Assembly: GCA_965262595.1 (NCBI GenBank)
Contig: OZ253548.1
Location: 1,371,740 to 1,435,739 of the forward strand
Direction of reading: 5' to 3'
DNA: 64,000 nt
Origin: Dehalococcoidia bacterium
Lineage (GTDB): Bacteria > Chloroflexota > Dehalococcoidia > Lucifugimonadales > UBA3495
In this document: one piece after another, positions 35,882 to 44,504 of the stretch
How the letters are laid out: every line of letters begins with the position of its first letter
Position numbering within the stretch: position 1 is the first letter of the stretch
The notes under the pieces: generated by a model
What the model saw: the letters and a program-made list of their open reading frames with translations, nothing else
Database searches by the model: none
What the model was told of the DNA's origin: nothing
Program-made: the position numbers and the translations under genes

Positions 35882-36682
35882 ATGTTTGTCCGCCGGGATT
35901 TGACCAACTCTGTGCCAACCCGCGAAGGGAATATGCACTTCGTAAAGCAAGGCAGCGGCTATCCTCTGGTGATGCTGCATCCTTTGGGCACCTCCGTTTG
36001 GGCCTGGCATACCGTCATTGACGCCTTGAGCCAACATTACACCTGTTACGCTTTTGATATGCTGGGCCACGGCGACTCGGATAAGCCGACCCGCCATTTC
36101 AACATCCCCGACTATGCCCGGGCCCTTGACGACGCTTGCCAACTGCTCAACATCCACCGGGGCCACTACGTGGGCAACTCGGTTGGCGCCTGTTTGGCAA
36201 CGGAAATGGCCGCCGGGTTTCCGGAGCGGGTGGACAAGCTGGCCCTGGTAGGCTGCCCCTTGTGGAACCCCTGGGGAGGCAGCCAACGGGTCGCGGATAC
36301 CGCCGCAGATTATAGCGAGAACGGAATGGCCCAAGAGCGAACATTGGAGCAGTTGAAGGAACGGGCCACCTTTGCCAATCCCCAGCAGGAATGGGTGGAT
36401 GCCACCAACCAGACCCGGGAACAGGCCGGAGAATGGGTCCGTAACCTGCATCAATCCCTGTCCTACTACGACATCATGTCCCGCCTGCCCCTGATTAAAG
36501 CATCGTCCACCCTGGTAATGTACGGGGAGAAGGATATGCTGCGGGACGGCGAGGAACTGCTGCATAACAACATCGTCAACGCCAGCAAGACCATCCTGCC
36601 CGGCTTGGGACACATCCCCCAGATAGAGGGTCCGGAGGAGTTTGTCGGCGCTTTGTTAGACTTCCTGCAACCGGCAGACTAG
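35882..36682 (+). CDS. alpha/beta-fold hydrolase
   Basis: It has HPLG...GHGDSDKP and the nucleophile elbow VGNSVGA. The true start may be the internal MHFVKQG. Confidence 0.8.
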   Translation: MFVRRDLTNSVPTREGNMHFVKQGSGYPLVMLHPLGTSVWAWHTVIDALSQHYTCYAFDMLGHGDSDKPTRHFNIPDYARALDDACQLLNIHRGHYVGNSVGACLATEMAAGFPERVDKLALVGCPLWNPWGGSQRVADTAADYSENGMAQERTLEQLKERATFANPQQEWVDATNQTREQAGEWVRNLHQSLSYYDIMSRLPLIKASSTLVMYGEKDMLRDGEELLHNNIVNASKTILPGLGHIPQIEGPEEFVGALLDFLQPAD

Positions 36683-36988
36683 AAGCTACCGGCAGGTAAC
36701 CGCTGACGGCAGGTAACGGCTACCGTGTTGGCCCATTGCGGACCGCCCGGTAGCCGGCAGAACTTAGCCTCACAAACCGGGCTGTGCGGTCGAAATCGGC
36801 AAACAACCGCTTCGGCCAGTAGTACGAGCTAGCCTCCTTCCATCGTTAAGTCCCTTTCAACGAAGTCCACCGGCCTGGTCAAGGGACGACCTTCCTATTG
36901 GCCTGGCCCCGCCGGACGGTCGGGCAAATCCGGCGCCGATCTTTCGCCGATCTTTCATTGATCAAACCCCACCTTTCGGAGACGATAT

Positions 36989-37903
36989 ATGGCTCAAGGA
37001 CGCTACGCTCTAAGGTTGATGGAAACCTTCCGCACCGTTTTCTATACGCCGATCTACGTGACCGTGGCCGGTGGTTTCCTGGAGACCGAGGGTTTGGACG
37101 TGGAGTTTTCCACCTGCCCGGCCCAGTTTCCCCATCCGCTCAGCGCCCTGAACCATCAGGCGGCGGACATTGTGCAGAGCGGCATTATGCGCTCGATCAT
37201 CGCCGCCGACTGGGGCGGGGAGACCGTGCCGCGCCACTTTGCGGAGATAAACTCTCGGGACGGTTTCTTTGTCCTGGGGCGCCGACCGGCCGGGGACTTC
37301 CAATGGGCCGATTTTGCGGATTCCACGATTATTCCGGTGGGCTTTTCTCCCATGCCCTGGGCTTCCTTCCAGTATGCCCTGCGCAACCATGGAGTAGAGG
37401 TGGAGGGACTGACCCTGCTGTCCGGCCTGGGACTGGCCGAGGCAGTGGCGGCATTTCGCAGCGGCCAAGCCGACTTTATCCACCTTCCGGAACCGGCGGT
37501 GGAACAGCTTTTGGCCGAAGGCGTGGGCCATTTGTCGCTGGCCCTGGGACCGGTCAACGGACATATCGCCTACAGTTCCTTTGCCGCTACCAACCGGTTT
37601 CTGGAATCCCGGCATGACGTTGTCCAACGATTCGTGACCGGCTACGCCAGGGCCCTGCAATGGCTGGCCGCTTCCGACGCCACCCAAGTAGGGGAAGCCG
37701 TGGCGTCCTTCTTCCCGGACACCGACCCGGAGTTGATTACGCGGGCAGTAAGCCGCTACCAAAGCCAGCAAACCTGGCCCGCCAACCCCCACCTGGCCCG
37801 CCCGCAGTACGAGGGATTGCAGGACATTCTGGTGGCCGCGGGAATGGTCAAGGAACGGCAGGCGTATGAGAAGGTGGTGACGGAGGAGTTTGCTGGGGGG
37901 TGA
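36989..37903 (+). CDS. NMT1/THI5-like / SsuA-type periplasmic-binding-fold protein (no obvious signal peptide)
   Basis: 304 aa. The N-terminus FYTPIYVTVAGGFLETEGLDVEF is typical of the NMT1/THI5-like family. Confidence 0.6.
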   Translation: MAQGRYALRLMETFRTVFYTPIYVTVAGGFLETEGLDVEFSTCPAQFPHPLSALNHQAADIVQSGIMRSIIAADWGGETVPRHFAEINSRDGFFVLGRRPAGDFQWADFADSTIIPVGFSPMPWASFQYALRNHGVEVEGLTLLSGLGLAEAVAAFRSGQADFIHLPEPAVEQLLAEGVGHLSLALGPVNGHIAYSSFAATNRFLESRHDVVQRFVTGYARALQWLAASDATQVGEAVASFFPDTDPELITRAVSRYQSQQTWPANPHLARPQYEGLQDILVAAGMVKERQAYEKVVTEEFAGG

Positions 37904-37915
37904 GGGGATTAACCT

Positions 37916-37975
37916 GGATGGACAGGATATACAGAATACGTGATAAAAAGCTTATCCTGTATATCCTGTCCATCC
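37916..37975. terminator. long perfect hairpin between convergent genes (bidirectional terminator candidate)
   Basis: The 19-bp arms GGATGGACAGGATATACAG (37916-37934) and CTGTATATCCTGTCCATCC (37957-37975) pair perfectly, with an inner GATAA/TTATC pairing. Confidence 0.55.
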
Positions 37976-37992
37976 GTGTTTGAAACCCGCAC

Positions 37993-38661
37993 CTAAATCG
38001 CCGCCCTTATTTCCTCAACCAAGGAATTGATGCGGTTGGCTTGAGCTATATTGAATATGCCGGTAATCTCATCGCTCCGATAGCCCACCAAGTCGGTAGG
38101 CACCGCGTTGGATACGATGTAAAAGGGAGATGTCTTGTTTTGGCGTCGGAACTTTAGGGCGTTGGCTTGGGCTTTCTTCCAGGTGTCCGAGCGTTCCAGC
38201 CCGGGCCTATAAATGGTGGTCACTGTATCGTCCGGGTTCTGCACGTAACGGGGCGACCCTTTGGTTTCAATGGCAACTCGGGGCGTAACCTCCAGATCAT
38301 GAGTGTTGGTATTGCCCGGGGTGGCTACAGCCGGCAGTTCAAACCTGGTGGACAAGAGATACCGCACTGCGCTTTCAAAGACCTTTCCAACTATTGACGA
38401 CCGGGCTTGAAAAGTAGCTACCTCAAACACCCTGCCGGAATCGCATAAAGGGCATTTCAAAGGCATATTGCCAAATGCCGCGGTAGTAGTTCCACCACCA
38501 ATACAAGCCACGCAGGCCCAAGCCGGATAGCAGGCAACTGCGTCAATAGCCTGTTGAAAGCAGCCATTGAAGTAATTTTGCAGCCGCCCGTTGGTTAATT
38601 GCCGGTTACTGATAGGCGGATAATTAGCCCGGACGATTTCATCATACGGAATAGCCGGCAC
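37993..38661 (-). CDS. type II restriction endonuclease candidate (Cys-cluster N-terminus + PD-(D/E)xK core)
   Basis: The core reads HDLEV...VAIETKG (D...ExK). Cys clusters are CYPAWACVAC...CPLC. It overlaps the 3' end of the adjacent methylase by 20 nt. Confidence 0.55.
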   Translation of the reverse strand: MPAIPYDEIVRANYPPISNRQLTNGRLQNYFNGCFQQAIDAVACYPAWACVACIGGGTTTAAFGNMPLKCPLCDSGRVFEVATFQARSSIVGKVFESAVRYLLSTRFELPAVATPGNTNTHDLEVTPRVAIETKGSPRYVQNPDDTVTTIYRPGLERSDTWKKAQANALKFRRQNKTSPFYIVSNAVPTDLVGYRSDEITGIFNIAQANRINSLVEEIRAAI

Positions 38662-39628
38662 TGCTCACCTCCGCGATAATCCGACCATCGGGATTGACCT
38701 GGACAAAGAGTTGGGGCGATGCCGCCAAACGGCGGTAGGCCAGGGCCTGGTATTCCGGGGAAATCTCATAGCCCACAAACCGGCGGCCGGTGTTCAGCGC
38801 GGCCAGAGCCGTGGTGCCGCTGCCCATAAAGGGGTCCAGCACCACCTCGTCCGAGTAGGTGTAAAGCTCGATGCAGCGGCGGGGGAGCTCCTCGGGAAAG
38901 GGGGCGGGATGCCCGATGCGCCGGGCCGATGTTGCGGGGAATTGCCAGATGCTACGGGTACACGCCAGGAAATCGTCCCGGCTGATGGTGGCTTGGCGGT
39001 TGGGGAGTTTGGGCCGCCGCCAGGTGTCCTTGCAGAGAACGAGGATGTATTCGTGGACATCCCGCAGCGTGGGGTTGGTGGGGGACTTCCAACTGCCCCA
39101 GGCGGTGGAGGATGCGGCGCTGGCCGCCTTGTCCCAGATGATTTCCCCCCGCATCAAGAAGCCCAGTTCTTGCAAGTCCTCAATGATGTAGCGGTGCAGG
39201 GGCAGGTAGGGACGGCGGCCCAGGTTAGCGATGTTGAAGCAGATCCGACCGCCCGGCACCAAGACCCGGTGGACCTCCCCCATCACGGTGCGGAGGAAGT
39301 CCCGGTACTCGGCCAGGGTCAGGTCTTCGTCGTATTCCTTCCCCACGTTATAGGGCGGAGAGGTCACCATCAGGTGGACGCTGCAATCGGGCAGGGCGTC
39401 CATCTTCTCTGCCGAAACGGGCAGGATGGTATTGGCGACACCGTAGGGTAGGGGATTTTCTACATACGCAACCCGGCGTTCCGCCGGCTGGTCAGCGTAA
39501 AGCCGGCCGGCGTAGAAGCGCGAGGAGTCATGCCCATGCCGCCCCGCCGCCCCAAAGGCGGAAGTTTGGGTTTTCCACCCCAAATTGTCGGGGGGGGGGG
39601 GGGGTAGATTGTTATTATCGGAATTCAA
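38642..39628 (-). CDS. N4-cytosine/N6-adenine DNA methyltransferase (beta-class, SPPY)
   Basis: Motif IV is LMVTSPPYNVGKEY and motif I is VLDPFMGSGTTALAA. It has a TTG start, and the N-terminus contains PPPPP encoded by the G15/C15 tract. Confidence 0.85.
   Translation of the reverse strand: MNSDNNNLPPPPPDNLGWKTQTSAFGAAGRHGHDSSRFYAGRLYADQPAERRVAYVENPLPYGVANTILPVSAEKMDALPDCSVHLMVTSPPYNVGKEYDEDLTLAEYRDFLRTVMGEVHRVLVPGGRICFNIANLGRRPYLPLHRYIIEDLQELGFLMRGEIIWDKAASAASSTAWGSWKSPTNPTLRDVHEYILVLCKDTWRRPKLPNRQATISRDDFLACTRSIWQFPATSARRIGHPAPFPEELPRRCIELYTYSDEVVLDPFMGSGTTALAALNTGRRFVGYEISPEYQALAYRRLAASPQLFVQVNPDGRIIAEVSSAGYSV
39590..39604. repeat. homopolymer G15 (C15 on the coding strand) inside the methylase 5' end
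   Basis: Counted directly in the sequence. It encodes Pro x5 at codons 9-13. Confidence 0.9.
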
Positions 39629-39694
39629 AACGCGCGCGATTATCGCGCCGGTATGTGGTTAGCGCAAGGGGACTTTGGCTATTAATTGCAGGCG

Positions 39695-40018
39695 CTATAC
39701 CCCGCCTCTTCCGCCACGGCCACCGCCGCCACGGTGCTTATGGCTATCGGACCAGTAAAAGTCTTTGGACTCCATATATCGCTCGGTCAACATTTCGGAA
39801 GGGGTTTTGCCGGACTCGGCAGGAGATGGTTTGTAGCTACTTTCCAGCACAATCTGACGGAAAACCGTTTGGGCTTGTTTCAAAGTGCGATAAGACCCCA
39901 AAATCTCACCGCTGCGTATAACGTAAAACTTGCCGTCATCAGGGACCACTTCCGTAAGCCGTTCAATGGAGAGGTCAAGGTCGGGGATGGATTGACGATA
40001 AAAATCTCCGTTAGACAT
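39695..40018 (-). CDS. hypothetical small protein with C-terminal RGG-rich tail
   Basis: GGGAGG precedes ATG 40018. The longer track ORF would run through the pdhB terminator hairpin. Confidence 0.45.
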   Translation of the reverse strand: MSNGDFYRQSIPDLDLSIERLTEVVPDDGKFYVIRSGEILGSYRTLKQAQTVFRQIVLESSYKPSPAESGKTPSEMLTERYMESKDFYWSDSHKHRGGGGRGGRGGV

Positions 40019-40085
40019 ACAACCTCCCGCGCCATTATACCGCGAAATCCGGGTGGCGGAGAGTCCGTATCGCTGACACAAAACT

Positions 40086-40110
40086 AAGGGTGGGTTTCAA
40101 ACCCACCCTT
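40086..40110 (-). terminator. intrinsic terminator after the E1 beta gene
   Basis: The hairpin is AAGGGTGGGTTT-c-AAACCCACCCTT, followed on the minus strand by AGUUUUGUGU. Confidence 0.65.
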
Positions 40111-40142
40111 GTAAATCAAACAAAAGTACCCCGCTTGACCGT

Positions 40143-41186
40143 TTAGACTCGCGCCAACAAACCCTGAACCGTTTTGATTACGCGGGCGGAGTTGGGCAGG
40201 TAGGCGTCCTCCAGGGGGCGGCTGTAGGGAACCGGCGTGTGGGGCGCCGTAACCCGGGAAGGGGGAGCGTCCAGATAGTCAAAGGCCTCCTCGGCCACCC
40301 GGGCGCAAATGTCCGACGCCAAGCTGCATACCGGCGTATCCTCGTCCACCACCACCAGCCGGTGCGTGCGCCGTACCGAGTCTATAATCAGGTCGTAGTC
40401 AATGGGCGAAACGCTGAGCAAGTCCACCACCTCGGCGTTTACACCCTCCTTCGCCAGCTCCGTCGCCGCTTCGGTGCAGACCCAGGTCATACGGGAAATT
40501 CCCACCAGGGTAATATCCGTTCCCTGGCGAACGATGCGCGCCTTGCCCAAGGGAATCACGTAGGAATCCTCGGGCACCGGGCCAATATCACCGTACAGCC
40601 CCTTGTGTTCAAAGTAAACCACCGGGTCATCGTCGCGGATGGCGGCGGTGAGCAGGCCCTTGGCGGTATAGGGGTCGGAAGGAACCACGCCTTTCAGGCC
40701 CGGAATATGGCTGAAAATGGAATAAAAGGACTCGGAATGCTGGGCGGCGCTGCCAAAACCGGCGCCGATGCGCGTGAGCATGGTGAAAGGCACCTTGACC
40801 TGACCACCGAACATATAGCGCATCTTGGCGGCGTTGTTCAGCAGTTGGTCCATACAGACGCCGATAAAGTCAACGAACATCAACTCGGCGACGGCCCGCA
40901 TCCCGGTGGATGAGGCTCCGATGGCAGTGCCGATGAAGGCGGCTTCGGATAGGGGGGTGTCCAACACGCGCTGATTGCCGAACTGCTGGATCAGGCCCAC
41001 CGTGGTACGGAAGGGGCCGCCCCAGGCATCGACGATGCCCAGGTGTTCCCGGCCGGCGCCTCCGGCGATTTCCTCGCCCATAATGATGACCGTCTCGTCC
41101 CGCTCCATCTCCTGGCGCAGGGCCTCGTTAATGGCTTCACGGTATCGCAGCTCCCGGGTAGTGTTGGGAGTCATGGCGGTGGTCAT
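40143..41186 (-). CDS. 2-oxoacid (pyruvate/acetoin) dehydrogenase E1 component beta subunit
   Basis: 347 aa. The N-terminus has transketolase-like pyrimidine-binding motifs (EEIAGGAG..., RVLDTPLSEAAF). GAGAGGAG is the RBS. Confidence 0.9.
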   Translation of the reverse strand: MTTAMTPNTTRELRYREAINEALRQEMERDETVIIMGEEIAGGAGREHLGIVDAWGGPFRTTVGLIQQFGNQRVLDTPLSEAAFIGTAIGASSTGMRAVAELMFVDFIGVCMDQLLNNAAKMRYMFGGQVKVPFTMLTRIGAGFGSAAQHSESFYSIFSHIPGLKGVVPSDPYTAKGLLTAAIRDDDPVVYFEHKGLYGDIGPVPEDSYVIPLGKARIVRQGTDITLVGISRMTWVCTEAATELAKEGVNAEVVDLLSVSPIDYDLIIDSVRRTHRLVVVDEDTPVCSLASDICARVAEEAFDYLDAPPSRVTAPHTPVPYSRPLEDAYLPNSARVIKTVQGLLARV

Positions 41187-41271
41187 GGTCTCACTCCTCT
41201 CTTTCGCATTGACGCCAATCTCTGGATCGGGGGTATTAGTACGAAACCCTTGTAATGCTGAGTAATCGAAA

Positions 41272-41295
41272 TGCGATATTCTACCATTTAAGGTC
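41272..41295. repeat. direct repeat copy 1 flanking the R-M cassette (TGCGATATTCTACCATTTAAGGTC)
   Basis: It is 21/24 identical to 43245-43268 in the same orientation. Confidence 0.85.
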
Positions 41296-41321
41296 TTTTT
41301 GGATTGAGTCGTTGTAGCAAT

Positions 41322-42275
41322 TTATCGGTTGACTTGACTGACATGAGGGCTGTCCACTGCCGTGACATAACGGGCTTCATCTTCCAAGAGCATCAATTGT
41401 TCCATTTCCCCAGTCGGTTCTTTGGCAAAGTTGCCGGGTTTGTAATTAGTAACGATTGCTTCCAGCATGGCTTTTCTGTTTCTCTCGTAGGCGCCAACGT
41501 GATAAAAGTGCTCTTGGGTCAAAATAGAAAATTCGCTCCAAAGCTCCTGGATGAACCGGTTCTCCCGGTGCTGGTTACTATGCCATGTGGACAACATGAA
41601 CCTTGCACGGGTGTTCTTCAAGCTAGTATGCAGCAGATTTTCCTTGTGCGCATCCCAAGTTTGATAATAGTCAACATGTCGGTCAACGTAGGGTGGGTCG
41701 CAATACACGAAGTCGCGGTCTGTAGCGTCCTGAATTGTTTTCTGGAAGTCCTGGCAGACAAAGCTCCAGTCGAGCACCTGTGTGGCTGCTCTAAAGCGCT
41801 CCACCTGATTGACTATTTTCGTAATGTAAGCCGGTGCGAATCGCTTCGGTTTGTGCCCATACGGAACATTGAAGTGTCCTTTACTGTTGAACCGGACGAG
41901 TCCGTTAAAGCAAGATCGGTTAAGGAAGAGGAAATCCAGTGGGTAGCCAAATGAATTGAAACGGTCCCTGACACGGTAGTAGTGGGCCTTTCCTTCATTT
42001 GCAAGCAAGACCCCTTCACGTTCGAGAAAAATCCTTGTTTTCTTCCCGTCTATTTCCCCGTCCTTGATGGCCTGATAAAACCGAATCATGTGGGGGTTGG
42101 TATCTGCCAGTATGGCGTTTTGGGGTAGAACATTTAGAACAACTACCCCGGAACCCAGGAACGGTTCGATCCATGTTCCTTCAGTATCCCGGTCGAGGCA
42201 CCGCAATATAGTCGGGACCAGCTTGGTCTTGATGCCCTGGCACTTTAGCGGAGGTACTAGTATTCGCAAATTCAT
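41322..42275 (-). CDS. Dam-family (D12 class, alpha) N6-adenine DNA methyltransferase, M.EcoRV-like
   Basis: Motif I is EPFLGSGVVVLN and motif IV is VYCDPPYVDRHVDY. It overlaps the upstream nuclease gene by 4 nt. Confidence 0.85.
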   Translation of the reverse strand: MNLRILVPPLKCQGIKTKLVPTILRCLDRDTEGTWIEPFLGSGVVVLNVLPQNAILADTNPHMIRFYQAIKDGEIDGKKTRIFLEREGVLLANEGKAHYYRVRDRFNSFGYPLDFLFLNRSCFNGLVRFNSKGHFNVPYGHKPKRFAPAYITKIVNQVERFRAATQVLDWSFVCQDFQKTIQDATDRDFVYCDPPYVDRHVDYYQTWDAHKENLLHTSLKNTRARFMLSTWHSNQHRENRFIQELWSEFSILTQEHFYHVGAYERNRKAMLEAIVTNYKPGNFAKEPTGEMEQLMLLEDEARYVTAVDSPHVSQVNR

Positions 42276-43201
42276 CCCCCGCCACGACGTCGCCGGGACT
42301 TGGGGACAACTTTCGTCTCGTCCCCGCCACGGTATTTAACGAAATCAATCATATTACGGATTGTACGTGTCTCACCCGAATTTTCTCTTATAGTAATGCT
42401 ATCATAATTCATCCAATAGTCATCAAACCAATTTTCTCCGAGTAGAGAGAACATACCCTTTCCCAAAACTATGTCATCAATCTTGGTGACGCTACCAATA
42501 TTTGCTGTGTTGCCACTGCCTCTCCTGTCACTGGCGATTTTCCATTTTTCCTGTACAAAGAACTGAAAATTCCGAATTACTGAAACAATGGACTTAAGGT
42601 CATCCAATTGATTTGTCGTCGCTTCGTTTACCGACTCGTCAACGCTACGTGAATATATTATTCCTAAACAAAAGTGACTCAAATAGTCTTTATAAGGGAA
42701 CTGAATATTCTTGGTACTGTTGCGATTCTTGAAGTACTCGCCGTGTGACCCGAGGGTAAAGCCATTGCAAAAGTCCGGAGTGCCTTCGACTCGATAGGTC
42801 GTCTTGAAGTCAACGGCAAACTTTACCTCTGGATTTGTCATCTTTACAAAAGAGAGGTCCGGGTAATAGTTTTGGTGTTCAGGGAGAACCAATCCAAAGC
42901 CTGTCTGCTCGGCAAATAGCATGAGCTTCGGGAAAAGGTGTATTTCAAGTATCTTGGACACGACTTTAGTGTCGGATGAGATAGCATATATGTTGCGATA
43001 AATGTCTATAAAACCCTTGATCGCCCACTGTCCGTCTTCTGTCTGTACCACGTCACCAAGGTCAGCGACGAAGCTTGTCAGAGCATCTTGGAATGACCTT
43101 TTCTCTTCTTCCTTATCCAATCTAATCTCCAGTTCGTAGCAAGTAGTCGCGAAAACACCCCAAAGATCAATTGCACTCGCACGAACGGACCAGAAAACCA
43201 C
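42272..43201 (-). CDS. type II restriction endonuclease, EcoRV-like
   Basis: Blocks match EcoRV as I remember it: SSDTKVVSKILE, HQNYYPDLSF...KFAVDFKTTY (the PD...D-x-K core), FTLGSHGEYF, QEKWKIASDRRGSGNTANIGS and FDDYWMNY. Confidence 0.75.
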   Translation of the reverse strand: MVFWSVRASAIDLWGVFATTCYELEIRLDKEEEKRSFQDALTSFVADLGDVVQTEDGQWAIKGFIDIYRNIYAISSDTKVVSKILEIHLFPKLMLFAEQTGFGLVLPEHQNYYPDLSFVKMTNPEVKFAVDFKTTYRVEGTPDFCNGFTLGSHGEYFKNRNSTKNIQFPYKDYLSHFCLGIIYSRSVDESVNEATTNQLDDLKSIVSVIRNFQFFVQEKWKIASDRRGSGNTANIGSVTKIDDIVLGKGMFSLLGENWFDDYWMNYDSITIRENSGETRTIRNMIDFVKYRGGDETKVVPKSRRRRGGG

Positions 43202-43244
43202 AGATTAACCGGTGGTCCAAAACCTCAGTATGGGTGATTGACAC

Positions 43245-43268
43245 TGCGGAATTCCACCATTTAAGGTC
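43245..43268. repeat. direct repeat copy 2 flanking the R-M cassette (TGCGGAATTCCACCATTTAAGGTC)
   Basis: It is 21/24 identical to 41272-41295; the last 13 nt are identical. Confidence 0.85.
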
Positions 43269-43322
43269 GGTTTACATTAAATCGCTGCTCAAATCCCCAA
43301 TTTTTTCAACGGTTTTGGACTA

Positions 43323-44330
43323 TTAAACTTCCAAGTTTATACCCCGGTGCATCATATCTATCGGATAATCAACGTAAACATCTTCGTATATTTCCCCCGG
43401 CAGGGGCAAGGGGCTTTCGTCGGCGAAGCGAATAGCTTCCTCCATCAATTCCTCGGCTTCCAGGTCGAGATAGTCAAGCTCTTCGGTAGATATCAGGCCG
43501 CCCGGCACCACCTTTTCCCGGAACAATTTCAGCGGGTCGCGGCCCCGCCAATAATCCTGCTCCTCCTGAGTGCGATAGCTCAGGGGGTTGTCAAAGACGG
43601 TGTGCCCGTAGTAACGATAAGTACGGCACTCCAAAAGGGAGGGACCTTCCCCACTTCTGGCCCGGAGCACCGCTTGCTCGGCAGCCTCCAGAACGTCGAA
43701 AACATCCATTCCGTCCACGTGGATGCCCGGCATATCGTAGCCGGGGGCTCGGTCAACCACTCGGGCGGTAGAGAGGGCATATTCCACCGGAGTAGATTCG
43801 GCATAGCCATTATTTTCGCAGCAGAAAATAACCGGCAGCTTCCAGACCGAGGCCAGATTCATACACTCATGGAGGACGCCCTGGTTGGCCGCGCCGTCGC
43901 CAAAGAAAGCCACCGCTACCCGGCCCAGGTTGCGCAGCTTGGAAGTAAGGGCGGCGCCGACGGCCAGAGGCACACTGGCGGCTACCACACCATTGGTTCC
44001 AAGCATTCCCTTGCTCATGTCTGCGATGTGCATCGAGCCGCCTTTACCCTTGTTGGGGCCGGTGGTTCGACCGAAAAGCTCGGCCATCATCAGCTTGGGA
44101 TCAACGCCCTTGGCGATGCAGTGGCCGTGGCCGCGGTGGGTGCTGCCAATGTAGTCGTCCACGGTGAGGTTGGCGCAGACACCGGTGGGCACCGCTTCCT
44201 GCCCGGCGGAGGAGTGCACCGACCCGGACATCCCCCGCTGCCCGGTTTCGGGAATGCCTCGTTCCTCGAAGTGTCGAATGGTCGTCATCGTCTGGTACAA
44301 GCGAAGCAACATATCTCGGTCAAGTTCCAT
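43323..44330 (-). CDS. 2-oxoacid dehydrogenase E1 component alpha subunit (TPP-dependent)
   Basis: The TPP motif is GDGAANQG...NN. The likely start is ATG 44330 after GGGGGAAGAG. Confidence 0.85.
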   Translation of the reverse strand: MELDRDMLLRLYQTMTTIRHFEERGIPETGQRGMSGSVHSSAGQEAVPTGVCANLTVDDYIGSTHRGHGHCIAKGVDPKLMMAELFGRTTGPNKGKGGSMHIADMSKGMLGTNGVVAASVPLAVGAALTSKLRNLGRVAVAFFGDGAANQGVLHECMNLASVWKLPVIFCCENNGYAESTPVEYALSTARVVDRAPGYDMPGIHVDGMDVFDVLEAAEQAVLRARSGEGPSLLECRTYRYYGHTVFDNPLSYRTQEEQDYWRGRDPLKLFREKVVPGGLISTEELDYLDLEAEELMEEAIRFADESPLPLPGEIYEDVYVDYPIDMMHRGINLEV

Positions 44331-44504
44331 CTCTTCCCCCAGCGGCGCTTGGCTGCACGGATAGCGCAATTTTTCCAATGGTAGCACGAGGGTAAGGGAT
44401 GTCAATAGCCGTAGGAATGAAGCGATAACGGTGGATGGAACCTGCGGTGCACCCTGGGTCAGCGATTCAGGCCGGCTCAGTTCGCCGGGTGTGAGCGTCT
44501 CGGC

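Noticed and set aside
35738-36613. 291-aa ORF antisense to the alpha/beta hydrolase gene
   Set aside because: The composition is typical of a GC-rich antisense frame (Gly/Pro/Gln-rich). The opposite strand carries clear hydrolase motifs.
40019-40081. Longer version of the small ORF starting at 40081
   Set aside because: It would begin inside or adjacent to the 40086-40110 terminator hairpin and lacks an SD. The internal ATG 40018 has GGGAGG upstream.
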